From NCBI GenBank assembly GCA_965203295.1, contig CBDBCZ010000016.1, positions 1,312,001 through 1,376,000 of the forward strand: a stretch of DNA of 64,000 nt, given 5' to 3'. How positions within the stretch are numbered: position 1 is the first letter of the stretch; every line of letters starts with the position of its first letter. The notes below the pieces were generated by a model. It worked only from the letters and a program-made list of their open reading frames with translations, did not search any database and was not told where the DNA came from. Shown here in pieces: positions 32,901 to 63,639 of the stretch. The DNA comes from Nitrospirales bacterium. GTDB taxonomy: Bacteria; Nitrospirota; Nitrospiria; Nitrospirales; UBA8639. The position numbers and the translations under genes are program-made.

Positions 32901-35900
32901 ATGTGAAGTGGTGTAGGTTAGAGCATGCATGTAATATACCAGTGCAAAACTGAACTGTACATACAGAAATGTGGAGGAGTGCCTGAATCTGTAATTGTTT
33001 CCAAGAAGAACTCTCCTGCTCTTGTATGTCTACTGTAGCCTGTGGACAGAGAGCCTGGGAACGAGGCTATGTCTACTGGTCAGGCCTCCCACTGCCACTG
33101 ACTGACCTGTATGTAGTCTGCTCTTCTGTCTCCCACTGCCTGAGGCCAGTATAGACTATAGGGGCTTCTCTGAATTAAGCTGGTTGGAAGTTCCTGCCAC
33201 TTCCTCTCCTTCCAAGAAATAGGGTAGTTGGCCTGCAAGACTGTTCCTAGCCTTTTACTGCCCAAAGAAAGCCCATACTTATAGTAACGCCTAATATAAA
33301 AACACCATATAAATTAATATAGAAGCAGGTCTCTACCGATGAAATTAAGGGTTAAACTCATCTGCTGTCAGAATTGTGTCTATCAATTTTTACACATCTT
33401 TCTATCTTTGGTTGGTTGTCATCTACATGTAGCTCTTGGCTCCTCCAACTGTGGGCATCGCCTCCTAAAGATTTTTTTGTTTTTTTCCATTTGTTGCCAG
33501 TGCTGTTGTCTCCCACCATGCAGTGGTGACTTGCACACTGGGACAGACAATGTGGCTGGGGGGGGGGGGGGGGTGCTAAAACTTACAGTACAATCAGGGT
33601 TTCATACAGAGGGGGGTGCACTGAGATCTCCCCCCAGAATGTGGCTGGCTAGGGGGGTGCTAAAACTTACAGTACAATCAGGGTTTCATACAGAGGGGGT
33701 GCACTGAGATCTCCCCCCAGAATTAATTTTGATGTAGTAGTTGCCCTAAACCTAATGATACATGTATTTACTGTGATTTTGAACAAAGTGTAGTATTTTT
33801 GGGAGCGGGTATTCCCCCGGCCCTCCCGGAAGGGTATGGTTTAGATGTTGTTTGTTACACACACATCCATTTACTATCCCCCAAAAAGTCTCCCCCCCCC
33901 CCCTCCAGTATATGAACCCTGATAATCATAAGTGAACTTTAGACACACCATAAATTGACATGACACAAAACATGTTCGCTAGTGTGGAGCTCAAACTCTA
34001 GCCCACCAATCATTCTGTATAGCCCCCTCCTCACCCACCCCACACAGACACAACTTTATTTCATATTTAGTTACAGTTTTTACCAGCCGGAGCGTACGCA
34101 GCGCGCAAACGGCTGGTACTAAGATTGCTTTACGTTTTCCGTGTCTGTTTGTTTGTTTATTTGTTTGTCTGTTTGTGCGTCCGCACTTATCACGTGCGCA
34201 ATATATTACGTCATACGTTACTATGCAACTGCAGTGTATAGCAGCGTTTGGAGGTTTGCAGGCCAAGCTACTGCAAATGAAGGTAGTTTTGTGTTGCCTA
34301 GATTGCGAAAACGTGGTAGGTAGCCGCAAAGATCCTGCATATAGCTACTAACCAGAGGCGCATGATGAAACTGCTGAGTCAGCACTTTCACTGTACCACT
34401 TTAGGAACATAGTATCTCTGGCTCTACAGTTGTTGTTTAGTAGCTTGGCTTAAGCTGAGTTGTGTGTATTGTACGGGAAAGGCGTCCGGCTGGTTTTTTA
34501 GACATGAAATGTCAGACTTGTTTCTATATGTACTTTCTGTTTCTAGCCCTCATGTTCACCCCAGACTATATACCCATCCACTCCAAACTTGCAGTACATG
34601 TAACCTGACCTTTTCCCTGAGGATGTTGTCCTAAGAACAATAATGGCCCACTCAACTCAACTCTCTTAATTACGTTATCTGTGCTGCTAGGGATTCAGAC
34701 GTGCATTAAACAATTAGGCCTTGACAACGAGCCCAGGTGTGTGAGTGCGTGTGTGTATATGTGTGCAAGTTTAAATTGAGTAAAATGGAAAGAATCCATA
34801 TTCGCCAAGTCGGCTCGCTTTTTTCTTTCCCCGATCGAATTTGTCCTATTATGTCGATCGAATTGTGTCCATTGTCTCCTTAACCAGCTGTCTCCCTCTC
34901 CAGACATTCACTTCCAGTACAATGGTTTCTTATTCGGGATCCTCCTGCTCTCCATTACCAGGATTCTGCAGGTTAGCCGGCTGTGTAGCAGTCTGGGGTC
35001 CAGAGCATTGTGCTCTCGACACCGGAATGGGACCTTGTTGTACCTACACACTCTATAACAGAGCCCGGTACTCTCGACACCGGAATGGGACCTTGCTGTA
35101 CCGGCACACTCTGTACCAGAGCCCGGTGCTCTCGACATGGGAATGGGACCTTGTTGTATCTACACACTCTATAGCAGAGCCCGGTGCTATTAACGCCGGA
35201 ATGGGACCTTGTTGTACTACACACTCTGTACCAGAGCCCGGTGCTCTCGACACCGGAATGGGACCTTGTTGTACCTACACACTCTATAACAGAGCCCGGT
35301 GCTATTAACGCCGGAATGGGACCTTGTTGTACCTACACACTCTACAACAGAGCCCGGTGCTATCGACACCGGAATGGGACCTTGTTGTACCTACACACTC
35401 TATAACAGAGCCCGGTGCTATTAACACCGGAATACGACCTTGTTGTACCTACACACTCTATAACAAAGCCTGGTGCTATTAACGCCGGAATGGGACCTTG
35501 TTGTACCTACACACTCTATAACAGAGCCCGGTGCTATTAACGCCGGAATGGGATCTTGTTGTACCTACACAGTCTATACAAGTTAATGCCAGATACCATG
35601 TGTGCTCTGTGTTTGGAAACCATACCCATGCGACAGTATGACAATCCTAGTGGGGTTGAAGTGATGCTCTTAAGAAAGGAAAGTTCTTCGGATACTAACT
35701 TTACTCGGAAAGAAAACTGCTGGTGTTTTGACTAGATTATTTGGTTCTTCTTCGGGCTAAAAATGCTCTTAGCTAACCAGTTTTAGTGTGTGCAGTGTGT
35801 GTGTGTGGGAGGGCGGGGAGGAATTTCTAGCCGCTTTTCTTCGGTTACACGCTGGATTTAGGACTAGGGTGAGGGTTAGGAAGGGCTAGGGTTAGGAGAG

Positions 35901-38900
35901 GATTTGGGTTAGAATCAGCGGACGCGAATCACTATAACTTGGGTCTGTTACTCTTTCATCCTGTCAGGCAATCGCAATTGAGGACCTGCATTATCTGTCT
36001 CTGTATGACTGCCATGTTTAGTAATCCAAGCCAGGACTATACATAACTCCCATAGACCATAGACTCTGTGTATTCATAACAGCGACCATGGGTCAAAGCT
36101 CTTTTCAGTGGTTTGACCATTGACCATGCTGATTTTCAACTGTTGACCTTACATTGATTGTACGAGGGACTTTCTGTTAAGCTTGCTGCTTAATCCAAGT
36201 CGATTACTGCAATTGAAAAGTTCTCAAATAACAAGCTTTTGCACACATGTCCATCCATTACGTATTGCGACCTGCCGTTGTCAGCGCTGATCAGATTTCT
36301 GCGTGCACTTTGTTGCCCAAACCCTTTTGAACGGCTTGGTCCATTGAGTGACAGCAGTCGCAGTTTGTGTGATTACATGGAAGTGACCCCTCCCCTGAGT
36401 TCTCACTCTCCTGACGTGTGATGTGTGTATAGGGCTGAGCCTATTATGCTCAAGAAATACCCTATTATGCTATGCTGCACTGCTCCAAAAATCTTCCTAT
36501 TATGCTCAACAAATGTCCCTATTATGCTCAAATTATGCTCATTAAATGTGACCCTCGTAGCGAAAACCAACCATCAGGACTGTTTTAAACTTCAAGTATG
36601 CGTGGGTTGTGCGTATGTTCGCTGCTATTGGATCACTCCCCCACAAGGTCTGACGGTAAGAGATTGGTAGCTTGCTAAGTTTCCGCTACACACTAATCAA
36701 GAGACCTAATTTCTCCCAAGAATCTACCTATTATGCCCGCATTATGCTCAATGATTTTGCATACCTATTATGCTCATTTTAATGCTGGCATAATCGGCTC
36801 ACTCTCCTGACGTGTGATGTGTGTTACAGTGTGTACCTCTGCATGTGCTCGAGAGCTCCTCCCTACCACTTCTAGATACATGCCAGTCTTGTACCAGGTC
36901 CTTGAACTGCTAAGGCTTCGGTCTGGGCTTCACCCTTGCCCTTGTACTGGGGTATGTGCCCTATTGGAGCCTCTAGGCAGGAAATTGGGACCAATCTATA
37001 ATGTTGTCTGCAACCATCAGGACCATCAGGGAGTGTCAACCATCACTGCTGTATGTGATTGCCTTCGACAATTGTTTAACCAATTTTTTTTGGAAGAATA
37101 GAATTAAGCTAGCGTAATAGCTTGTGAGTTTTAATATTGTCATAGCTGGCCTCACATCACTCAGAATTCCTCACAGCAAACCTCACAGTTTGAAAGGACA
37201 ATGGGGTTAGGGTTTGGTTTTGGTTTTGCTTTAGGCTGAAAGAAGCTTAATGGTGCAGTGCTTACATGTGTGAACGCTGCTATTGCTCTCTGCTTCAGGG
37301 GAGGTGCCTGGAGGGGGCTGTGCTCTTCGCTCTTCTGCTGAATTTCAAACACATCTTCCTCTACATCGCTCCGGCCTACTTCGTCTACCTCCTCAAACAC
37401 TACTGCTTCCATAGTGATGGATCTGACTCACAGCGGCGAGGCATGTGTGAGATTTTATGCATATGTTATATACGTACGTACGTACGTACAGTGGAACCCC
37501 TCTGTTGTGGACACCCTGGGGACCTGGTGAAGTGTCCTGTATAGAGAGGTGTCCTAATATCAGGGGAACATTTCTATTAAGAGAGCATATTTGGGGCATA
37601 GCAAAGTGTCCTTAATACAGAGGTGTCCTTATTTCAGAGGTGTTCCACTGTATTCGCATGCATGGTGCAGTGTAGGAGTGGAGTGATGAATCTGACTCAC
37701 AGCGGCGAGGCATGTGTGAGATTCTGTGCATATGTTACGTGCGTATGTATTTGCATGCATGGACAGTGTAGTAGTGGGGTATTAGCACATCCAGCCTGTC
37801 TCCAATATTGCTTGTTCATGAAACCTGAGCCAGTACATGTGATATAGAATCATTTGTTTTCTTGCATTTTAAATAGTCCCTGACAAGCAAGGGTGGTGTT
37901 GTTTGCAGCCACAGTGTCCCGAGGCCTACTGCTACCACGCTGCTAGCTGACTTAGTGACATGCATGTTGGAGCATGTTAGAGGAGACAGCCATATGCAGC
38001 TTGAATCCAAATCTTATCAATTTTAAGCCAATTAGTGAATTATGTAATCCAGTTCTTGTCAATGGACACACTGTTTTGACTACCTAGCGGGCAGTGGCAG
38101 GAGCCTCCCCTCTCTCAGAAACTTCTCTCTGGGAAGCTTCCTGAAGCTAGGGCTGGTGGTCACCTTCGTCTTTGCCCTCTCCTTTGGACCCTTCATATAC
38201 ATGGTGAGCACAGAGCAAGGCAGTGTGTGTGTGGGGGGGGCACACTGTAACTACTTACGTAATACATAGCACATGTTATTTATGATGTAGTTACATCTGG
38301 TTTTGTGCAAAGAATAATTTAATTAACACCTGACATTTAATTGCAGTTTCAGGTGCTTGCAGAGGTTAATTGAATTGCAGCTTCAGGTTTCTTGGGGAGG
38401 TTCTGCAAAGTGGTCCAAAGTGGATTTGTGTGATTAAAGCCATCTGTTTCCTGAGAACTGTATTTTATGGATTGGTCTTTGGACCAGATCCTGAGAAAGT
38501 TTTGTGCTCAAGTGTGTGGAATTACACACAGTATTAACATGGTCTGAGTGGAGTGGACAGGCTACAATCTCGTTCCCAGACCACCTCTGCTTCGGCCAAC
38601 TGGGTATATACATTTATAGGGTAAAATCTCATTCCCAGACCATCTCTGCCCTGGTGGGTATATACATGTATAGGCTACAATCTTATTCCCAGACCATCTC
38701 TGCCCTGGTGGGTATATACATGTATAGGCTACAATCTCATTCCCAGACCACCTCTGCCCTAAGTGTATAAGCTACACTCATTCCCAGACCACCTCTTCTC
38801 ACCCCACCCCGGCTGTCCAGGTGTAGGCCACACTAACTGTCACGACCCTGCTCCGTGCTAACATGGAGCTATGATCGCTTCGTTCATCCCACAGGGCCAA

Positions 38901-41900
38901 CTTCGCCAGGTCCTCTCCCGACTCTTTCCGTTCAAGCGAGGGCTGTGCCACGCCTACTGGGCCCCCAACTTCTGGGCACTCTACAACGTGATGGACAAGA
39001 CCCTCGCAGTCCTCGGTTAGCTAATTAGCCCCTTCAGTACTGGATTGATACTGCAGTGCACAAATACTTGCACCATTTCACTATTAGGAGTTCTTCTCAG
39101 GGCAAGTACTTGTATTGGTACATTGCTTTAGAATACATGTACATGTATGTTTGGATATTGTTCTTAAAGGCCCTATCAAATGCCTGCCTATAGTTTGTGA
39201 TTTGGATTTAAAGTGCACACATAAGTGTCTGATTATATAGCTACACAGAAAGACTAGTAACTGCTTACGTAATCACATGTTCTGCACCTGTGGCCCTCTC
39301 TCAAGTTACATGTGCATGTAGTGTTGTGATAAGAGCAGTTATAATTCTTTTAATTTGGAGACCAATCTTCAGAGATGGATTTTGATTTCTGAGACTGCAT
39401 GTCTAGGTGGACCCACTGGTGGCTGCACAGATTTGTAGCTGCTAACAAAGTGTTAGTGTAAGTAATAAGGTATAGTAAGTGCATACTAGAACACACATGT
39501 CTGTGTTTTCAAACTTGCGATGTGTCGTGTCGGATGTGTCGTGTGTAAGTGAATGTGCAGGAGACGTGATAGTATCTTGGATTTTGATTGATCTCAATCT
39601 CATGAAGACCTTGGTAGCAAGACTCCACGCAGGGAGAGAGTGAGGGAAGGTGGCTAGGGCTGGAGCTAGAAGCTAGCTTGCACAAGCTGTAGCACTCTAG
39701 TCCATTGCTCTGTGCTCACTGTCGCCTTCCCCATTGTACGTATGCCATGATGATTGCTAGGCCAAGCACCTCAACCATGCTAAGAGATCTATTGCAAACT
39801 CTTCAAGAGATGATAAGCTTCCTGAGAGAGTAAAGAAATCAAAACGGGACTCAGATGGGGATTGAACCCAAGAAGGCGACAGTGAGCACAGAGCAATGGA
39901 CTAGAGTTCTACCAGCTTGTGACATTTTAGAATGTATGTATGTTTTGATGGTTGCTAGGCCAAGCACCTCAACCATGCTAAGAGATCTATGACATTTTAG
40001 AATGACTCGATCTCCTCCCCTCCCCTCCCCTCCCCTCCCCTCCCCTCAGGATCGCGGCTGGGCCTCCTCTCTCCCAGCTCTGCTGGTAGCATGAGCTCTG
40101 GTCTGGTGGGAGAGATGCAGCACCAGGCACTCCCCTCCATCCCACCTTTAGTCACCATGGCAACCACTCTGGGAGCCATGCTGGTGAGTTTGTCCTTCTT
40201 ATACGTGTATACTGTATATATATGTATACATAAAATTATATTGTATAATTATGTATTATAGGGCTTAGCGCTTGCACAGACACAGCATGCACATAAACAG
40301 GCACGATGTCATTCTGTTTTCTGTTCACAAAAGTATGAAATAGGAGATGCTTGAAGAATTAGTTTGTGTTGCTTTTGATCTTCATGGGAACTACTGCCTG
40401 TGACCTGGCAACGGTACCACTGCTACAATTAAGGTACATTCTTACTTAATGACATGATTGCAAGTGAGTAGAAGGAGAGGAAACAGCTAGGGAATTGTAG
40501 TACACGTAAATTGGTACATCGTGAAGCTAATCTAACTCCTCCTATATAGCTATGCAACTCACAGGCAGTGTTGTATATACTAACAATAGTAGCAAAACAG
40601 ATTTAGTTAACTAACTAAGACTAAATATCAAGGGTGGGAATAAGCTACAACTACATGTATTTTTTCACCAAAATCAGCCCATTTAGTTATGGTTAACTAG
40701 CACTTAGAAGTGTTTTATTTCATTTTAGCTGTCGAACTAAAACCAAAATGAAACTTCTGTTCTGTGTATAACCTCTTAGCTAAAGTTTATGTAAAGCCAT
40801 ACTAAACAACACTAAGATTCCCGGCTCCCTTCCTCCCCACGTCTGCTGTCCCCTCCCCCCGGCCCGCGCAGCCCGCCCTCCTGCGGCTCTGGCTGAGGCC
40901 CTCTCGGCCGGTCGACTTCCTGAAGACCCTCACCCTATGCGCCTACTCCTCCTTCCTCTTCGGCTGGCACGTGCACGAGAAGGCCATCATGATGATGACA
41001 CTCCCAATGTGGTACGTATAGCCCCACCTTGTTTTGTTTGATAGGTACCTGTGGTACCTTTTTTGGGGGGGGGGGGGGGGGGGGGGGGGGGCAAAAGTTT
41101 CTTTATGATTTTATGCCCAGACTTCTGCTCCTTTTTTCCAATCCTAACGCTACCTAGACTGTCTGGATAGTCGGCTGTCTTCTTTGAAAAATTACCGGCA
41201 ACTGCTACTAGATTTGATGATTGATTCCTCCTGTAAGAGCATTGGGAAAGCTTTAATCCATCATGTTGGTCCTTTGAATCTATAGAGTGACAAAGGAATG
41301 AAGGGGAAGTGTTTGTTGTCAAGACTACCAGTAAACACTATTGGCTAGAGTTCTACATATGTGTATCCAGCTCTCTGTCGTTCATTTCAATCTGAGCGTT
41401 TCCTTCACTGCAGTTTGTTGGCAGTAGACACCAAGCGCCACACGAGGATCTTCCTCCTGCTCTCAACCACTGGCCACATCTCCCTCCTTCCACTGCTCTT
41501 CAAACCAACAGGTGATTCATGCTACAGCAGTATGTGCACAGCCAACCACCTCGGTGTTAAGGATTTGTAATCTCATAGGCTCATACCCAGGCTTCCCACC
41601 CAGACAAAGTAGTTGTTTTTTTTCTCATATCGGTGGAGAAAAGTTTCTCCACACCTGTTAAATGCATTCTAGGTATATAGCAAGACTGGATGAGGATTTA
41701 TTATCACGTGATAAGTACATAAGCACACACACACACTGTTGTTTTTGTAGCAATAATGTGGTTAGTTATTGAGTTGGTAGAGCTGAATATTTTAATATAG
41801 CAGTACATGTATGTACAGAAAGATGTGCCTTGGAACCTCACTCTCCACACCCCTCCCATATGTGGCCACCTAGCTCAAGCAGACAAACCGAATTAACGTT

Positions 41901-44453
41901 CCCATTGATAGATGTGGATACCTCTCAATTCCGTATAGCGGACAGGTTTGCCAATCCCTGCGGTGGTACCTGGACTGTACAAGCTTCACTGGATAGTCGG
42001 CTGTCTTCTTTGAAAAATTACCTGCAGCCGCTACTAGATTTGATGATTTAATATTGCATCATGGCTAGTATTGACAGTCACTAGCAAGGCTTTAAGAGCT
42101 TTCTCGCCGACACACAGCCAAGCTAGAGCTCAAGAGAGGTGTCCATGCTGTGCTGAAAAGCTCAAATGTGTGTTGCCACACTTGCTAGAAGTTTAATCAA
42201 AAGCCCCTTAAATACATATGTCTAGACATGCATGGATAGTCCCATTGGTGTCCACATTAGAGAGGTTCCACTGTATGTTGAAGTAGATGGATGGCTGTGT
42301 TTATGTTGGAAGTTGCCTGGGAACAGTAGCTAGCGATTTCTTTTTATGTAATCCACTGTATATTCTGTTCCTGTCTCCATAGAAACCACAGTCAAGGTTT
42401 CCCTTATCATCCTGTACACTGTCACTGCATTTATTGCTCTTCCAGCTCTCAGTGTGAGGTAAGCACTCACTGTAGCATTGTCTAAACACCTGGGAATTCG
42501 TGTTCCCAATGTCCTTGAAGCTCTACACTACAAAGGAAGCAAGTGGTCTGTCTGATGAAGTCCGATACTACTGAATATGCATCTGTAAACAAGCTTAACC
42601 TTGTTATGCCTTGTAAAAACATTTAATTGTGACACTAATTAAATAAAAATGCAGTCATTTGGGCTCAAGGTCTGTGAACTCATTCCCTTCCTATGCCATG
42701 GTCTGAGCATCCTGCCTTATATGGTTTCCATACCCTCCCACACATAATGATTGTCACACAGGTATTGTAGTAGTATTCAGACTCCCACTAAACCCATCAC
42801 TATGTTTGACTCCCACTAAGGCCCAAGTGTAGTAGTATTCAGTGTGTTTGACTCCCACTAAACCCAAAGAATGCCTGTCATCATTGTTACAGTTGTAAAT
42901 GTTACATGTACAATTATAAACATTGTAGTTTGGTGAAAATTTGCATAATTTCTTTTTCATCAGACCATAATCGTAACAACCAAAAGCATGTACCATCAGC
43001 CTGTTTGTACCAGTTACAACAGTGAATGCATGTCCTTGACTTATTGACCAGATGTCTGGAATTGCATTAAAGTCACCAGACCAGGTCATGTAGATTTAGG
43101 TCGGTCTGGGGATGAGACTGAATCTCGGTTCATACTCCATACATTCTCTACTAGAGTGGGGACTGAAAAGAGGGAGGATCTATGGATCCCTTAGCCTCGT
43201 ATCCAGGCCACACCCACTGAAAATAGTGGCCTGGTATCCACTGTTTGCGCATGCACGTAATTTCTCAACTTTCTGCGAATTCCGGATACTATCGTTTGAC
43301 GTCCGCGGTATGATGACGGAGGATACATGCACGTGAATAATATATGTGTTTACAATGGCTACTCGCGGTGAAGACTTGGATCTAGCGATTTTGTACGCCC
43401 TCCAGCGCCTTGGCTGTGAAGCGATGACTCTGAAACCTGAGCAGAGGGCGTCCGTGAAGTACGTGTACGAGGGGAAGGACAGTTTTGCTAGCTGCCGACG
43501 GGTTTTGGCAAGTCTATGTGCTACGAAGTTCTACCCTTCGTGTTTGATGTGAAGCTTGGCAGAGGTACCGATAGTAGCAACAGCGCTGTTATTGTAGTCT
43601 CACCCCTCGTGTCACTTCGATCCGTAGTAAATAATACACCACGTGGATTGCGTCATTGCACACTGCCACACAACATTCAACATCGTCATTAGATCCACGC
43701 CCCCAGAAATCCACATGGATTTATTCACTAATTACGTGCATGCGCAAACAGTGGATACCAGGCCACTATTTTTAGTGGGTGTGGCCTGGATACGAGGCTA
43801 TGTACCCCTTAGATCGTTAATTTTCTTAACTGGCTATTAGAACTTACTACTAGAGAAATGATCTAAGGTGTTTGTTACTAGAATTGAATTAGCATGATCT
43901 AAGGGTTCTACTAGCAAAGAGTAGTATTCAAAATTTAATGCTAATTATTTCATAGATTCCTCCTTGTACTATACTACTGGGCATGTCATGCCCATACATG
44001 TACATGTAGTAGTGAGCACTAATATAACGTCCATCCACCCATAATAATAGGCCATAATGTACTGAGCTCAGACTCACTCAAACTGTAATAGCATCATCAA
44101 AGCTGCAGTGTACGTTGGTGCGTGCTAGAGGGCGTAATGGTATGCCTATCCCTTTAATATATTACAGGGATCAGATGTTGCTATCGCCATCAGAAGAGAA
44201 TTCTGTAAACCCACGGGAGAAAGGGTTGGAGCCCTCCTTGCAGTGCTCCGGGCTCACCAAGCTGGAGTCATGCTACCTGATCCTGCTCTTGACAGTGCAA
44301 GTCTACTGCCTCTTCCTCCACGGTACTGGAGGGCTACTAGCCCACCTGGAATTTCTCCCACTGCTGCTAACTTCAGTCACTTGCGCTTTGGGAGTGCTAT
44401 GGACTTGGCTCCTGTCTTACCACGAATTCCTCACTGGGCTGGAACACAGTTGA
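26923..44453 (+). CDS. ALG8: Dolichyl-PP-Glc1Man9GlcNAc2 alpha-1,3-glucosyltransferase ALG8, 13 exons
   Basis: Exons 26923-26999, 27135-27213, 27433-27626, 31909-32018, 34904-34971, 37299-37413 (or to 37440 with a GC donor), 38088-38203, 38895-39015, 40050-40183, 40872-41011, 41414-41511, 42383-42458, 44168-44453. Motifs: [89 protein letters not shown]. Confidence 0.95.
27290..27430. repeat. (CCCCT)n tract forming the polypyrimidine tract before ALG8 exon 3; similar tract at 40015-40046
   Basis: Pentamer run ending at the CAG acceptor. Confidence 0.9.
30150..31227. repeat. 18-bp minisatellite (CCACCCCTGAGTATGAGC)n
   Basis: About 55-60 units with variants. It explains the repetitive GWAHTQ/GVGSYS ORFs. 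Confidence 0.95.
31431..31682. repeat. 15-bp minisatellite (GGGAATGAGACTG[G/T]ACT-like)n
   Basis: Visible tandem array. Confidence 0.9.
31702..31878. mobile_element. TA-flanked MITE (Tc1/mariner-pogo type)
   Basis: TA|CAGTAGAACCCCTCT ... AGAGGGGTTCCACTG|TA. Related copies at 37489-37650 and a partial one at 62146-62252. Confidence 0.85.
32019..34903 (+). other. U12-type (minor spliceosome) GT-AG intron in ALG8
   Basis: 5'ss GTATCCTG. Branch point TCCTTAAC at 34877-34884, ~20 nt before the CAG. The join restores the conserved D-H-IHFQYN. Confidence 0.85.
33036..33069. mobile_element. 34-bp mini-element with TAGCC...GGCTA ends and a perfect 9-bp TSD (Academ-like)
   Basis: TGTCTACTG at 33027-33035 and at 33070-33078. 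Confidence 0.7.
35010..35578. repeat. 58-bp minisatellite, ~10 copies, in ALG8 intron 5
   Basis: Unit ACCGGAATGGGACCTTGTTGTACCTACACACTCTATAACAGAGCCCGGT.. recurs every 58 bp. Confidence 0.9.
37489..37650. mobile_element. TA-flanked MITE, same family as 31702-31878
   Basis: TA|CAGTGGAAC ... GTTCCACTG|TA, with shared internal sequence. Confidence 0.85.
43192..43800 (+). mobile_element. Non-autonomous AcademH-like DNA transposon with a RecQ-like helicase fragment
   Basis: ~70-bp TIRs (TAGCCTCGTATCCAGGCCACACCCAC.../...GTGGGTGTGGCCTGGATACGAGGCTA). Flanks TGGATCCCT and TGTACCCCT match at 7/9. Internal frameshifted LKPEQ..GKD / [21 protein letters not shown]. Confidence 0.8.
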
Positions 44454-45065
44454 TTCCTGATTCCTGAAATGTACCTTTGGTTTGTATAATTATTATATCT
44501 CCTGGAAGTTGAGTCTCCTGGGATCTAGAGGGCAAGCCCACTTGAAGTGATTGGTCTGTACTTGTGCTCTGGCCCAGCCCATGCTGAGAGTTCCCCAGTA
44601 ATATAGAGCTTCACAAAAATATTATTATAATGTCCAGGTATTGTCCCACTTTTGAGAGTTTCCCTCAAGGCCATGTGCATGGGCATGGGCTGCACTAAAA
44701 TTCCATTCTAGCAAACTATCAAAGCTTCATAGCTACCCTATTTATATACCCCCCAGCTGTCAATTTCTGACACCAAATACTTTCACATTGCACAGACACA
44801 AGGACAGTTACACAATGTGCATGATACAAGCGCTCAAGTGATGAGATACAAGCTCAAGTGATGAAAATGTAGTGATCTTGAAGGAAAAAAAACATTCATA
44901 AACAGTGATAATGAAGTTGCCAAACTGAGTCCATAATTAATGCAGACGGTTGGTGCAGAATGTATTGCAAAGATGCTGATGTGCATGGTGGTTGAGACTT
45001 GAGAAAACATGGTGGTTGAGACTGGAGAGTGGATGGCTGAAGGGTATAACCTGATCAATGACTTA

Positions 45066-54845
<9,780 letters not shown>

Positions 54846-54986
54846 CTTCATTCAAGAATTTCCCGCGCACGCGAATTATTAGAACACATACATGTACATG
54901 GCTCAGTACTAACTACAGTACACATGCATCACACACTGTATGTACTGTACATGTACTACTATGCGGAGGCAAATATCACGCAAATA

Positions 54987-61337
<6,351 letters not shown>

Positions 61338-61428
61338 GTTCTCTATTGAAAGGTCAAAGGTTGTAAGACTGCAGTCTCACTCCCAAAACCGCGACCGGAA
61401 TGGCACCGGGCAGGCACGCACACGTGTC
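61338..61428. promoter_or_regulatory. Bidirectional promoter region UCHL3/PAM17-like
   Basis: 91 bp between divergent ATGs. Contains an ETS-like CCGGAA. Confidence 0.6.
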
Positions 61429-63323
<1,895 letters not shown>

Positions 63324-63639
63324 TCATCCTCACTGTTTGTGCATTGCTAGGATTTTTCGTTGGCTGTCTCCATTTTGTATGATTGTATACCCCAGCTACA
63401 TAACATTGTAAGAAATAATAAAATGCTTTGCCAGCCAATGGCATGCACATTTACACTTTATATTAGCGCCTACATTCACATAGAACTATATATACATGGG
63501 GGCTAAAACTTGGCTGGGAAAGAATAATGAACTGGTGCTGTATAAAGGTATATAAAAACTACCACATAATTATAGTGTGTAAGTGTGCATGCATGAATGT
63601 GACAATAATATACATTTGCAAGCTGATGAAGAGCTGTCT

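Noticed and set aside
35010..35578. CRISPR-like appearance of regular repeats (also 30150-31227 and 48620-49122)
   Set aside because: The units are head-to-tail with no unique spacers, there are no cas genes, and the context is eukaryotic introns.
35860..35912. TTAGGG-like repeats (also ~61865)
   Set aside because: Short and degenerate, not a telomeric array.
43346..43620. Host RecQ helicase gene
   Set aside because: It is a short frameshifted fragment enclosed by TIRs, so transposon cargo.
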